In this document: positions 16,524-24,784 of the stretch, in pieces
Numbering within the stretch: the first letter of the stretch is position 1
How the letters are laid out: each line of letters opens with the position of its first letter
NCBI GenBank assembly: GCA_021812365.1
Contig: JAKANQ010000001.1
Span: 32,763 to 96,762 of the forward strand
Direction of reading: 5' to 3'
Length of the DNA stretch: 64,000 nt
DNA from: a bacterium
GTDB lineage: Bacteria; Patescibacteriota; Minisyncoccia; UBA6257; GWB1-50-10
Notes under the pieces: model-generated
The model's input: the letters and a program-made list of their open reading frames with translations, nothing else
What the model was told of the DNA's origin: nothing
Database searches by the model: none
Program-made: the position numbers and the translations under genes

Positions 16524-16543
16524 TACCATTAGACGATCCCCCA
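16524..16543 (-). repeat. 20 bp exact copy of the tRNA-Gln 5' end (positions 1-20), about 80 bp upstream of the gene
   Basis: taccattagacgatccccca occurs at 16438-16457 (inside the tRNA) and again at 16524-16543. The breakpoint is the same D-loop position where the 3' repeat begins. Confidence 0.7.
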
Positions 16544-16689
16544 ATGAAGATAACTTTATACAATAAACGCAAAAGTGTAAATGAAAAGTACGTTCATAGA
16601 GGAACGTCGTTTTATAAGGTTTCAACGGCATAAACCATGCGTTATTCGGGGAATATGATATAATCGAATTAATCATTTCGAACTATCCT

Positions 16690-17076
16690 ATGGCAAAAAT
16701 ATTCATCATCGATGACGAGCATCCGATACTTAAGATGTATGAGCGCACATTCACGCTCAACGGGTTTGAGACTGAAACGGCATCCGGCGGCGTTGAGGCA
16801 CTCGCATTGCTGAACAGCAAAAAAGAGAAGCCCGACCTTATCCTATTGGACGTAATGATGCCTGAGATGAACGGTATTGAGTTTCTTGAACGAATAAAGA
16901 AAGAAAACGAGTTGAAACATATACCCGTGGTCATACTTACGAACGTTGGCGGAAATGAAGGAGTAAATAAGAGAGCGATGGAACTGGGCGCCGACCTCTA
17001 TTTGGAGAAGGTCGCGCATGCTCCCGCGGAAATAGTTGAAGAAGTAAGAAGGCTTCTTGAAAGCAGGAAGATCTAA
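16690..17076 (+). CDS. stand-alone response-regulator receiver domain (CheY-like)
   Basis: 128 aa. IIDDE ... LILLDVMMPEMNG ... phospho-acceptor Asp context. No output domain. Confidence 0.7.
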   Translation: MAKIFIIDDEHPILKMYERTFTLNGFETETASGGVEALALLNSKKEKPDLILLDVMMPEMNGIEFLERIKKENELKHIPVVILTNVGGNEGVNKRAMELGADLYLEKVAHAPAEIVEEVRRLLESRKI

Positions 17077-17078
17077 GG

Positions 17079-19385
17079 TTAATTTGCGAGTGGTAAGGTG
17101 AAGCCGAAGGTCGTTCCTCCGTCAGGAATGCTCTTTTCGAGTTTAATCGTTCCTCCCATCGCTTCCACCATCAATTTTGAGATATAGAGACCAAGCCCCG
17201 TACCTTGAGCGACGCTTCGTGTCAGAATATTTGGAGCCGCTTGCTGGAACTTATGGAAAAGAAGGGATTGATATTCAAGCGGTATACCTACTCCAGTATC
17301 TGAGACGAGCACCTTTATAAAGTGTTCTTCTTTTTCTATCCTTACCTTTATTCCTCCTTGTGTGGTGTAATTGATGGCGTTGCCGATGAGATTCAATAAA
17401 ATTTCTTTTACGCGATCCCTGTCCGCTTTGACTGGCGGCAATGAAACAGATGGCTTTTCAAATTCAAGAATGAGTTTCTTTTCCGATGCCAATTCTTTCA
17501 CTCCCTTTATCGTTTCTTCTATGATATCGGGCAGTGAAAGCACCTCTGTCTTCATTGTGATTCTACCCTGTTCGAAACGCGATACGTTAAGGAAGTCATT
17601 CACTATCTTAATGAGCCGAACGCTTCCATTCTCGATGTCATCAAGCATTTGAAGCACCTCGGGGTCGTGAATCGTCTTTGTATAATAGCTTCGTATGAGA
17701 GAGATATTTCCCCGTATCGCAGTGAGCGGAGTCTTCAATTCATGAGACGCAATGGAGAAGAATTCCTCCCTGCTTCGTTCAAGAATCTTCGCTTCGGTGA
17801 TATCCTCCACCAAAATAACAGTACCAATTATCTCCTCATGATCTCTTATCATGGTGATGGGAGAGAAGAGCATACGCAAGAACTTGCCCTTGAACGCAAT
17901 CTCCTCCATTTCGATTATTTTTTTCTCCTTCTTCGCTTTTACCGCCTGCTCCGAAAGGTTGACGCTGTTCTGTAGCGCCTTCTGTATGTCATTCAACGCC
18001 CAGCCCGAGTGTGGCAAGCTAAATATTGTTTCAATCGCGGGATTCGCGATAAGTACATTATTTTTCGTATCCGTAAGAAGAAATCCGAGTGATAAGCTAT
18101 TTATTGAAGCAGTGAGGCGCGCCTGTTCCTCCCTTAATTCTCTTGTGCGGTCAGTGACCTTTTGTTCGGTGTTTGCTTTTTCCGCCTTCAATTTCTTATC
18201 CAGTTCCTCAAGTGTCGCGTTATTTCTTGCCAGTTCGGTAAGCTTTTTCGCGAGTTCGGCGGTTCTCTCCCTTACCTTCTCTTCCAAGGCGTGATACGAT
18301 TCAGCCAATTTTTTAGTCATCTGATTGAACGTTCCCGCTAAAAGGCCGATTTCATCGGAAGAGGAAACATGAATTTGCTGGTTCAGATCGCCGTCGATTA
18401 TCTTTTGGGTTATCTTCGTGAGTGCTACGATGGGCGCCGTGAACACTTCGGAAAAATAGAATGCAATAAGGGCTACCAGGAAGGAGGAAATGAGAAATAC
18501 GATAATAAGGTCATTTCTCAGAAAGTCGATGGACGCTAATGCCTCTGCCCTATCAATCTTTACCGCCATCCCCCATCCCGTAAGGTCGATATATCTTGTT
18601 GCGGCCAATACGTTCTGTCCGCGATAATCAACGGCGTCGGTATATACCGACTCTATCTTTGAAAACGATAGAATAATGGGGCTGTGAATCTCACTCGCGT
18701 TTACGGTGCGTTTGAACGCGGCCTCAGAATCAAATCTGAGCGGAGTCAAGAAGACTGCGTTGCCATTCGAATCAAGTTTCGCCAGCTCAGTCTCCCCCGT
18801 TTTTCCGAGGCCCGTATAGTCTTGAATGACATAAAAAAGCTCATCTGCCGGAAATGACATGATGAGAAGTCCGAGCGGTCTTCCCTCGAACATTATTTTA
18901 TTGGTTATGAAGAGTTTTATAGTTTGTTCCTTCTTGTCTTTGGCAAGCGTATACACATTGTCATTCTCATTTTGTAAGAAATCCTCATCGCTAGAGAATG
19001 AGTCTCCGATGATACTTGTATCAGCCGAGGCAAGTATGGTTCCCGTGGCATTCGTGATATATATCGACACATCGGCAAGATTCGAGCTTTCCGTTGCTAA
19101 GATTTTATTGACTGCTTTTCCATCCGCACTATTCTTCAGTCGCAGATATTTTTCGAGTGAGACGCGGAGTTCATACATATTCGACAAGTTAATGACGCGC
19201 TCCCTATCTTGCTGAAGTATCGTGTTTAATCGCTGTTCTTGTTTCGCCGCGGTGGCCGTTAGCTGGTCAATGGTCTTATTCGTTATCTCCGTTTTGAATG
19301 AATTGTATGAAAGAAAATTGACCACCAAGAGCGGAATGAGAGATATGAGAAGGAATAAGATGACGAGTTTCGGTTTAATTTTCAT
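17079..19385 (-). CDS. sensor histidine kinase (extracytoplasmic sensor, HAMP, PAS, HisKA, HATPase)
   Basis: 768 aa. N-terminal TM, a large periplasmic domain, a second TM, HAMP, coiled-coil, PAS-like region, H-box (ASHELKTPL), and N/G1/G2 boxes (NLIGNAINYT, DTGVGIP, GTGLGL). Confidence 0.7.
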   Translation of the reverse strand: MKIKPKLVILFLLISLIPLLVVNFLSYNSFKTEITNKTIDQLTATAAKQEQRLNTILQQDRERVINLSNMYELRVSLEKYLRLKNSADGKAVNKILATESSNLADVSIYITNATGTILASADTSIIGDSFSSDEDFLQNENDNVYTLAKDKKEQTIKLFITNKIMFEGRPLGLLIMSFPADELFYVIQDYTGLGKTGETELAKLDSNGNAVFLTPLRFDSEAAFKRTVNASEIHSPIILSFSKIESVYTDAVDYRGQNVLAATRYIDLTGWGMAVKIDRAEALASIDFLRNDLIIVFLISSFLVALIAFYFSEVFTAPIVALTKITQKIIDGDLNQQIHVSSSDEIGLLAGTFNQMTKKLAESYHALEEKVRERTAELAKKLTELARNNATLEELDKKLKAEKANTEQKVTDRTRELREEQARLTASINSLSLGFLLTDTKNNVLIANPAIETIFSLPHSGWALNDIQKALQNSVNLSEQAVKAKKEKKIIEMEEIAFKGKFLRMLFSPITMIRDHEEIIGTVILVEDITEAKILERSREEFFSIASHELKTPLTAIRGNISLIRSYYTKTIHDPEVLQMLDDIENGSVRLIKIVNDFLNVSRFEQGRITMKTEVLSLPDIIEETIKGVKELASEKKLILEFEKPSVSLPPVKADRDRVKEILLNLIGNAINYTTQGGIKVRIEKEEHFIKVLVSDTGVGIPLEYQSLLFHKFQQAAPNILTRSVAQGTGLGLYISKLMVEAMGGTIKLEKSIPDGGTTFGFTLPLAN

Positions 19386-19412
19386 TTCCTTAATAAAGGC
19401 TCGGAGCGGCGT

Positions 19413-20507
19413 TTATTTAAGTGGTTCTGCTTTCTGATTCCTTACTATCAACGCCTCGTAGTTTCCCGCCACCTCTCCATTCGCGTCAAACTTTATATAG
19501 CCGGACTTTCCTTCAAATTCAATGTTTTGAAGAATTGTTTTTATCTCCTCACCCGTCTTGGCGCCTTTTTGCAGCGCTAAATAGATTGCCTGAAACGCAT
19601 CATATGCTTGGGGAGCGTAGAGTCCCGCATCAACGCCGAATTCGGCCCTGTGCATTTGTTTGAATGAATTACTGCCGGAAGAGACGGCGGTGATGATAAG
19701 TCCTTCACTTGCGCCGTTGGCATCGCTTAAAAGTGATCTATCGTTCATTGCCTCTGAACCAAATAGTGCCGCTTTTATCTTGAATTCTTGTATTGTCTTC
19801 AGTGCCGCGACGCTTGAAACGGTTGAATTTGAGACTATATAGATCACATCGGGATGGCTCTCTTGAATCTTCGTGATTTCGGTTTTCAGATCGATGGTGT
19901 TCACTTCAAACGGAACATCCGCGACAACACTTCCTCTTAAGCCCTCGAAGTTCTCTTTAAGAACATTTTGAAATGCTACGCCATAATCTTCATTAGAATA
20001 AAGAATTGCCAGTTTACGGTAATTCCTTTCATACATGAGATTCGCTGCGTATCTTCCCTGTAGACTATCCGGCGGCACGGTTCTGAAAAAATAATCATTT
20101 TGGATGCTCAATTCCGGACTCGTGGAACCGGGACTTATGAGCGGTATCTTATATTGGTTCGCGAGCGGTAGGGCTGCAAGAGATGCGCCTGAACAAATTT
20201 CTCCAATGACCGCGACAACGCCTTGGTCGATGAGCTTTTTCATCACCTCTGGAGCCTTTCCCTTATCGCATTGCGAATCTCCTAAAATTATTTCAATGTT
20301 ATCTGCCGCAAGTTCTTTTTTGGCGAGTTGAACACCCTTAAGAACGCTGTAGCCGAACGCGCTGTTTTCCCCGCTCAAGGGCGCCATAAGACCTATTTTG
20401 ATGGTCTTTTCCGAGGTTGAATATTGCTGCGGCAAATAGAGGTAATATACGATACCTCCGACGATGAGTCCGATGAGTGTAAATATGATAACAACTTTTT
20501 TATTCAT
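19413..20507 (-). CDS. periplasmic substrate-binding protein (LivJ/Peripla_BP_6-like)
   Basis: 364 aa. Signal anchor, then IKIGLMAPLSGENSAFG. Type I periplasmic-binding-protein pattern. Confidence 0.6.
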   Translation of the reverse strand: MNKKVVIIFTLIGLIVGGIVYYLYLPQQYSTSEKTIKIGLMAPLSGENSAFGYSVLKGVQLAKKELAADNIEIILGDSQCDKGKAPEVMKKLIDQGVVAVIGEICSGASLAALPLANQYKIPLISPGSTSPELSIQNDYFFRTVPPDSLQGRYAANLMYERNYRKLAILYSNEDYGVAFQNVLKENFEGLRGSVVADVPFEVNTIDLKTEITKIQESHPDVIYIVSNSTVSSVAALKTIQEFKIKAALFGSEAMNDRSLLSDANGASEGLIITAVSSGSNSFKQMHRAEFGVDAGLYAPQAYDAFQAIYLALQKGAKTGEEIKTILQNIEFEGKSGYIKFDANGEVAGNYEALIVRNQKAEPLK

Positions 20508-20573
20508 GAATACAATAGTATTCTCATTATACTCTTTTTATAGAACGAAATTTCATCTGATATGTGAGAATGG

Positions 20574-21794
20574 ATGATTCTGGTATCATTAGAACGTATG
20601 AATCTGGAATCAAAGGTTCCTAAGAATAAAAATGTGTTCTATGTGGGGCTTTTGAGTTTTTTCGGGGGCATCAGCCAGGATGTCTTTTCCCCCATTCTTC
20701 CCATTTATCTCACCTCTGTTCTTGGATTTGATAAGACATTCATAGGAATTGCCGACGGGTTGGTGACCGCAAGCGTTAATATATTTCAAGTTATCGCCGG
20801 ATTTTTTTCGGACAAGTTCAAGAAGCAGAAGCCTATCATTTTTGCGGGATATTTCTTTTCGATGGTCGGTAGAGCACTCCTTGCATTCTTCACCTCAGGT
20901 ACGATGATTCTTGGATTACGTTTTTTGGATGGTGTGGGAAAGGGCGTAAAGGACCCGCCGAAAGACGTCCTTATCGCGGGTTCCTCGGAGAGGAGTGTGC
21001 GCGGTAAGAGTTTTGGAATTGCCCGAATGCTCGATACCTTGGGCTCTGTTGCAGGCCCCTTGATTCTTTTTGTCCTTCTTTATCTGGTGCAAGGCACCGC
21101 AACCCCCTACCACCTCATCCTTCTTTTTAGCGCGGTTCCTTTGCTTATCACACTTTTGGTGCTTGTGATAAAGATACAAGAGATTCCGCGCGTGGAGACT
21201 GGTATAATCGCTGAAAAGAATTCCTCCATTCAGTTGCCGAAAGCGTTCTATTTTTTTCTCGCTATTGTCATTATCTTTACCATCGGCAATTCTTCCGATG
21301 CGTTTCTTATATTGCGCGCGAAGAATCTAGGCGTAACGCTTCTTGAGATTCCTCTCATAATTGCGCTTTTTAATTTTGTATATGCTTTGCTTGCGGTTCC
21401 CTTCGGTTCTCTTTCCGACAAAATAGGACGCGTTCCGACCATACTTATAAGTTGGTTCGCGTATGTTTTGGTGTATTTGGGGTTTGCCATTTCGACGCAC
21501 TCACTCTCGGTTTGGTTTCTTTACGGATTGTATGGAATCTATTATGCGGCGAATTTGGGCGTGGCAAAGGCATTTCTTGCGGATATGGTAGGCGCCGACC
21601 ATCGTGGAAAAGCGTTCGGTATCTATGGAACTACAGTGGGACTTGCAACTCTTCCCGCTAGTTTTTTCGCGGGATTTCTTTGGGATAAGTTCGGACCTCA
21701 GGCGCCTTTTTATTTTGGTGCGGGTATGGCCGGTCTCGCCACTTTCCTTCTTTTCATATTTTCCAAAAGGCTTTCGGTGGTAAAGCGGGATTAG
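20574..21794 (+). CDS. MFS transporter
   Basis: 406 aa. About 12 TM helices and MFS signature loops (GxLSDKxGR). The start may be the Met at 20598. Confidence 0.6.
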   Translation: MILVSLERMNLESKVPKNKNVFYVGLLSFFGGISQDVFSPILPIYLTSVLGFDKTFIGIADGLVTASVNIFQVIAGFFSDKFKKQKPIIFAGYFFSMVGRALLAFFTSGTMILGLRFLDGVGKGVKDPPKDVLIAGSSERSVRGKSFGIARMLDTLGSVAGPLILFVLLYLVQGTATPYHLILLFSAVPLLITLLVLVIKIQEIPRVETGIIAEKNSSIQLPKAFYFFLAIVIIFTIGNSSDAFLILRAKNLGVTLLEIPLIIALFNFVYALLAVPFGSLSDKIGRVPTILISWFAYVLVYLGFAISTHSLSVWFLYGLYGIYYAANLGVAKAFLADMVGADHRGKAFGIYGTTVGLATLPASFFAGFLWDKFGPQAPFYFGAGMAGLATFLLFIFSKRLSVVKRD

Positions 21795-21902
21795 TGTTAT
21801 TTATTGACCTTCGCCGATCTTTCGATATGTCCCCTTCTTAAGGGTGACCACAACCGATTGGTCGATGCGGCCGATGAGCATTCCGCCAACAGATAGAACA
21901 TG

Positions 21903-21926
21903 GCACCCCGCATGGGGTGCTTTTTT
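21903..21926 (+). terminator. rho-independent terminator
   Basis: gcacccc-gcat-ggggtgc followed by TTTTTT. Confidence 0.6.
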
Positions 21927-21955
21927 GTTTCACAGCTATCTTGTATAATGGGCAT

Positions 21956-22255
21956 ATGCTAAAAATTGTCGGTAATGAAATATTCAGAAACAACCAAAAG
22001 GTTGGATGGATCTATGAGGAGCATCATATCCGTTCGCATGATAATAAGCAGCTCGGATATTTTACGAATGATTTCATATTCAGCAATGATGGGCATAGGC
22101 TTGCATATATCAAAGGAGATTACCTCTATCAGTATGGAGTAGATCCCAATGCAACGGGTGCAAAGATTCCGCTTGAAAAAGTGAATCAAAGTATGCCGGG
22201 AAGTATACTTCCCCAGATGGCAAAGTGCGCCATCTTCATGTTCATTGGATCCTAG
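21956..22255 (+). CDS. hypothetical protein
   Basis: Track ORF 21917..22255, trimmed to the Met at 21956. That Met sits directly after a TATAAT (21944-21949), suggesting a leaderless start. Confidence 0.35.
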   Translation: MLKIVGNEIFRNNQKVGWIYEEHHIRSHDNKQLGYFTNDFIFSNDGHRLAYIKGDYLYQYGVDPNATGAKIPLEKVNQSMPGSILPQMAKCAIFMFIGS

Positions 22256-22283
22256 AATCAATCGCTTTTAAAAGCTTAGCCTT

Positions 22284-22850
22284 ATGGGAGAAGCTTTTTT
22301 ATTTTGCTACAATCCTTATATGGATCAAATAAATTTGGAGTATAGACATGTAGGAAACAAAACACTCGCGTTTTTCATTATACGGGAACTCGGGCTGTTC
22401 TTTCTTACTCTGTTAGTAGTCATTACGTTGGCCATCTCTTCGAAATTTGTGGCATTGCAATATGCACACATACTCACCTTATTGATTCCCTATCTTCTCT
22501 TGTTGCTCCTCCTTTTCCTTATTTTGGGAAGCATTAAGGGATGGTTCAAATATTCTCATTATTCGATGATTTTGTCCGATGAGGATATGACAATAACGCA
22601 AGGATTTGTGAGCCAAGAAGAGATAGGGATTCCCTATCGCAGAGTCAAAGAAATTCAAATCGAGCGCGATGTCATCGATGAGTTAGCTGGGCTAAGCGAT
22701 GTGGTAATTATCATTCAAGGGGCGGAAGAAAGCGGCGCTATGACGGAGCGGAGGGTTATTCTTCCTTCGTTACCCAAAGATGTTGCCATTCGGATTCAAA
22801 ATAAAATTTTAGGGAAAGCGGAGGTTCAAGAGATGACATTGGATAAATAG
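22284..22850 (+). CDS. membrane protein with bacterial PH domain (bPH_2 / YdbS-YdbT-like)
   Basis: 188 aa. Two TM helices, then ITQGFVSQEEIGIPYRRVKEIQIERDVIDELAGLSDVVI, typical of DUF304/bPH_2. Confidence 0.5.
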   Translation: MGEAFLFCYNPYMDQINLEYRHVGNKTLAFFIIRELGLFFLTLLVVITLAISSKFVALQYAHILTLLIPYLLLLLLLFLILGSIKGWFKYSHYSMILSDEDMTITQGFVSQEEIGIPYRRVKEIQIERDVIDELAGLSDVVIIIQGAEESGAMTERRVILPSLPKDVAIRIQNKILGKAEVQEMTLDK

Positions 22851-22851
22851 A

Positions 22852-22880
22852 AAAAGACCGCGCTTATGCGCGGTCTTTTG
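22852..22880. terminator. bidirectional hairpin terminator
   Basis: aaaagaccgcgc-ttat-gcgcggtctttt. Confidence 0.6.
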
Positions 22881-23391
22881 GCACTATTTGATAGTACACT
22901 TCTTTTAAGCGGCTCAAATCCAACGTGAGCCATCGAACCCAATTCATCGTTACCTTATATAAAGTAAAATTGATGCCGACAATTTCAAGGAAGGGGCCGT
23001 AATAGAGTGCTCCTAATGTTGTGTCTTGGGAAAGTTTCTCGATAAAGTTTTTCTGTTCATCGCGCGAAACGATTTCTGCGGTTCCGCTCATTTGTAACGT
23101 TGCGGGGCCAAGATCGGTGCCGATTACGACAGCGATATTTTTATTGGTCGCAAGATTTCTCATCTTTCTTGAGTCGCCGCGGGTAATAAAAAATAAGTTG
23201 AATTTTTCATCCATATAGTAAAGTACCATCGCCGATTCGGGAATACCTTCCGGCGAGACTGTGGAAACAACCGCGAGTTTTCTTGCCTTTGCAAATTTTA
23301 TTGCTCCCTGCTCAATCTTTTCCGTTGCTTGTTCTATTTCCATATATTCGATTATAGCAAATGCAGTCATATCAAAAGTTACTCCGCGCAA
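22864..23391 (-). CDS. pyridoxamine 5'-phosphate oxidase-like FMN-binding split-barrel protein
   Basis: 175 aa. LAVVSTVSPEGIPESAMVLYY ... FFITRGDSRKMRNL pattern of the PNPOx-like family. Confidence 0.5.
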   Translation of the reverse strand: MRGVTFDMTAFAIIEYMEIEQATEKIEQGAIKFAKARKLAVVSTVSPEGIPESAMVLYYMDEKFNLFFITRGDSRKMRNLATNKNIAVVIGTDLGPATLQMSGTAEIVSRDEQKNFIEKLSQDTTLGALYYGPFLEIVGINFTLYKVTMNWVRWLTLDLSRLKEVYYQIVPKDRA

Positions 23392-23437
23392 TAAATTGCC
23401 ATATGGTATTGTATTATATGTACCTTACTTGCGAGGC

Positions 23438-24028
23438 ATGGTGCTTTCTAATATGACATTCAAACAAATTAAAAAAGGCACATTATCGTCATTAGTGATC
23501 GTTTCCTTCGGGATATATGTGTTCTTGAATCGCTCGCGAACTGCGGTGGGCATTCCCCCGTTTTCGGTTGCGGACGGCGAAAAACAGAATATTCCATCAA
23601 TATTACGTACGGACACGGGTATTCAGAATCCGATAACCGCCATCAGTCGTTCTTTTAATGAAGAGGGTGATAACGAAGATGTTTCAGTTGTTGCCAAACC
23701 GTCCGCGACGACTAAGCCGCCGTCTCAATCAATATCACTGGGAACGTATAAGAATGGCACGTGGAATGGCGCAGCCTCATATGCGTATACCGGAACCATT
23801 CAAGTGAATCTTACCATCGCTTCGGGAAAGATTGCCGATGTGCAGGCCATTGACGCATCGCGAAGCGGAACCTCAAAACAAATCAATGCAAATGCGTTGC
23901 CCATTCTGAAGAGTGAAACGATTCAGGCTCAGAGCGATAGCATCGATGCGGTTTCAGGCGCAACATATACGAGTGCCGCATATTTGGAATCGTTGAAGTC
24001 TGCGCTCTTGCAAGCCAAACCTATTTAA
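23438..24028 (+). CDS. FMN-binding domain protein (extracytoplasmic; flavinylation substrate)
   Basis: Track ORF 23261.. overlaps the upstream gene, so the Met at 23438 or 23453 is the likely start. Signal anchor, then an FMN_bind domain with the flavin-attachment motif DAVSGATYTS. Confidence 0.6.
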   Translation: MVLSNMTFKQIKKGTLSSLVIVSFGIYVFLNRSRTAVGIPPFSVADGEKQNIPSILRTDTGIQNPITAISRSFNEEGDNEDVSVVAKPSATTKPPSQSISLGTYKNGTWNGAASYAYTGTIQVNLTIASGKIADVQAIDASRSGTSKQINANALPILKSETIQAQSDSIDAVSGATYTSAAYLESLKSALLQAKPI

Positions 24029-24777
24029 TGAGACAAGTTAATTTGATAATGGGAATGCCTATTACCGTGGAAATAGCCGACTCCGCGGTTACCGAGAAGG
24101 ATTTTGAAGCTGTCTTTTCGTATTTTCGTTCCGTAGATGAACAATTCAGTCCATATAAAGCGACGAGCGAGGTTTCAAAGCTCAATAGCGGAGAACTTAA
24201 AGAAAAAGATTACAGCAGCGAAATGAAGGAAGTGCTGTCTCTTGCGGAGAAAACCAAGAAAGATACAAATGGATATTTTGACGTATGGCATAAGGGGGCA
24301 TTTGATCCCTCTGGTATCGTAAAGGGCTGGTCAATCTATAATGCCGCGAAAATCCTTGACGCGAGAGGTTTCTCCAACTTCTATGTTGATGCGGGGGGCG
24401 ATATCGAGGTGAGGGGAAAAAATATGGAAGGAGTGTTATGGCGCGTTGGTATCCGCAATCCTTTTGAAACAAGCTCCATCATTAAGACTCTTCAGCTTAC
24501 CGATTGCGGAGTCGCGACTTCGGGAACATACATACGCGGGCAGCATATCTATAATCCTCACGACCAAGACTCCGAAATAAAGGACATTGTGAGTCTTACG
24601 GTCATCGGGCCCAACATATATGAAGCTGATAGATTTGCCACTGCGGCATTTGCAATGGGTGGAGATGGCATTATCTTTCTCGCTTCAATTCCCCATCTTG
24701 CCGCATATGTCATTGATGCAAAAGGTATTGCCACCATGACACCCAACTTTGAAAAATTCGTATATAACCCCAATTAA
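24028..24777 (+). CDS. apbE: ApbE-family FAD:protein FMN transferase
   Basis: 249 aa. GYFDVWHKGAFDPSGIVKGWS ... YVDAGGDIEV ... GVATSGTYIRGQHIYNP are ApbE motifs. Confidence 0.65.
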   Translation: MRQVNLIMGMPITVEIADSAVTEKDFEAVFSYFRSVDEQFSPYKATSEVSKLNSGELKEKDYSSEMKEVLSLAEKTKKDTNGYFDVWHKGAFDPSGIVKGWSIYNAAKILDARGFSNFYVDAGGDIEVRGKNMEGVLWRVGIRNPFETSSIIKTLQLTDCGVATSGTYIRGQHIYNPHDQDSEIKDIVSLTVIGPNIYEADRFATAAFAMGGDGIIFLASIPHLAAYVIDAKGIATMTPNFEKFVYNPN

Positions 24778-24784
24778 TCCAATT

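Larger units (their letters stand above)
2100..16545. mobile_element. putative integrated element (decayed prophage or phage satellite) carrying defence cargo, adjacent to tRNA-Gln; the left boundary is approximate
   Basis: Contains a cI-like repressor, ParB-MTase, terminase small and large subunits, a large serine recombinase and an R-M pair. tRNA-Gln with partial self-copies lies at the right edge. The R-M genes are AT-rich. No capsid or tail genes are present. Confidence 0.45.

Noticed and set aside
17371-18294. Plus-strand ORFs of 93, 108 and 147 aa inside the histidine kinase gene
   Set aside because: They lie antisense to a long kinase ORF with intact motifs and are low-complexity, Ser/Phe-rich translations.
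23261-23437. Long N-terminal extension of the FMN-binding protein ORF
   Set aside because: It overlaps the convergent PNPOx-like gene by about 130 nt. An internal Met gives a typical signal-anchor start.
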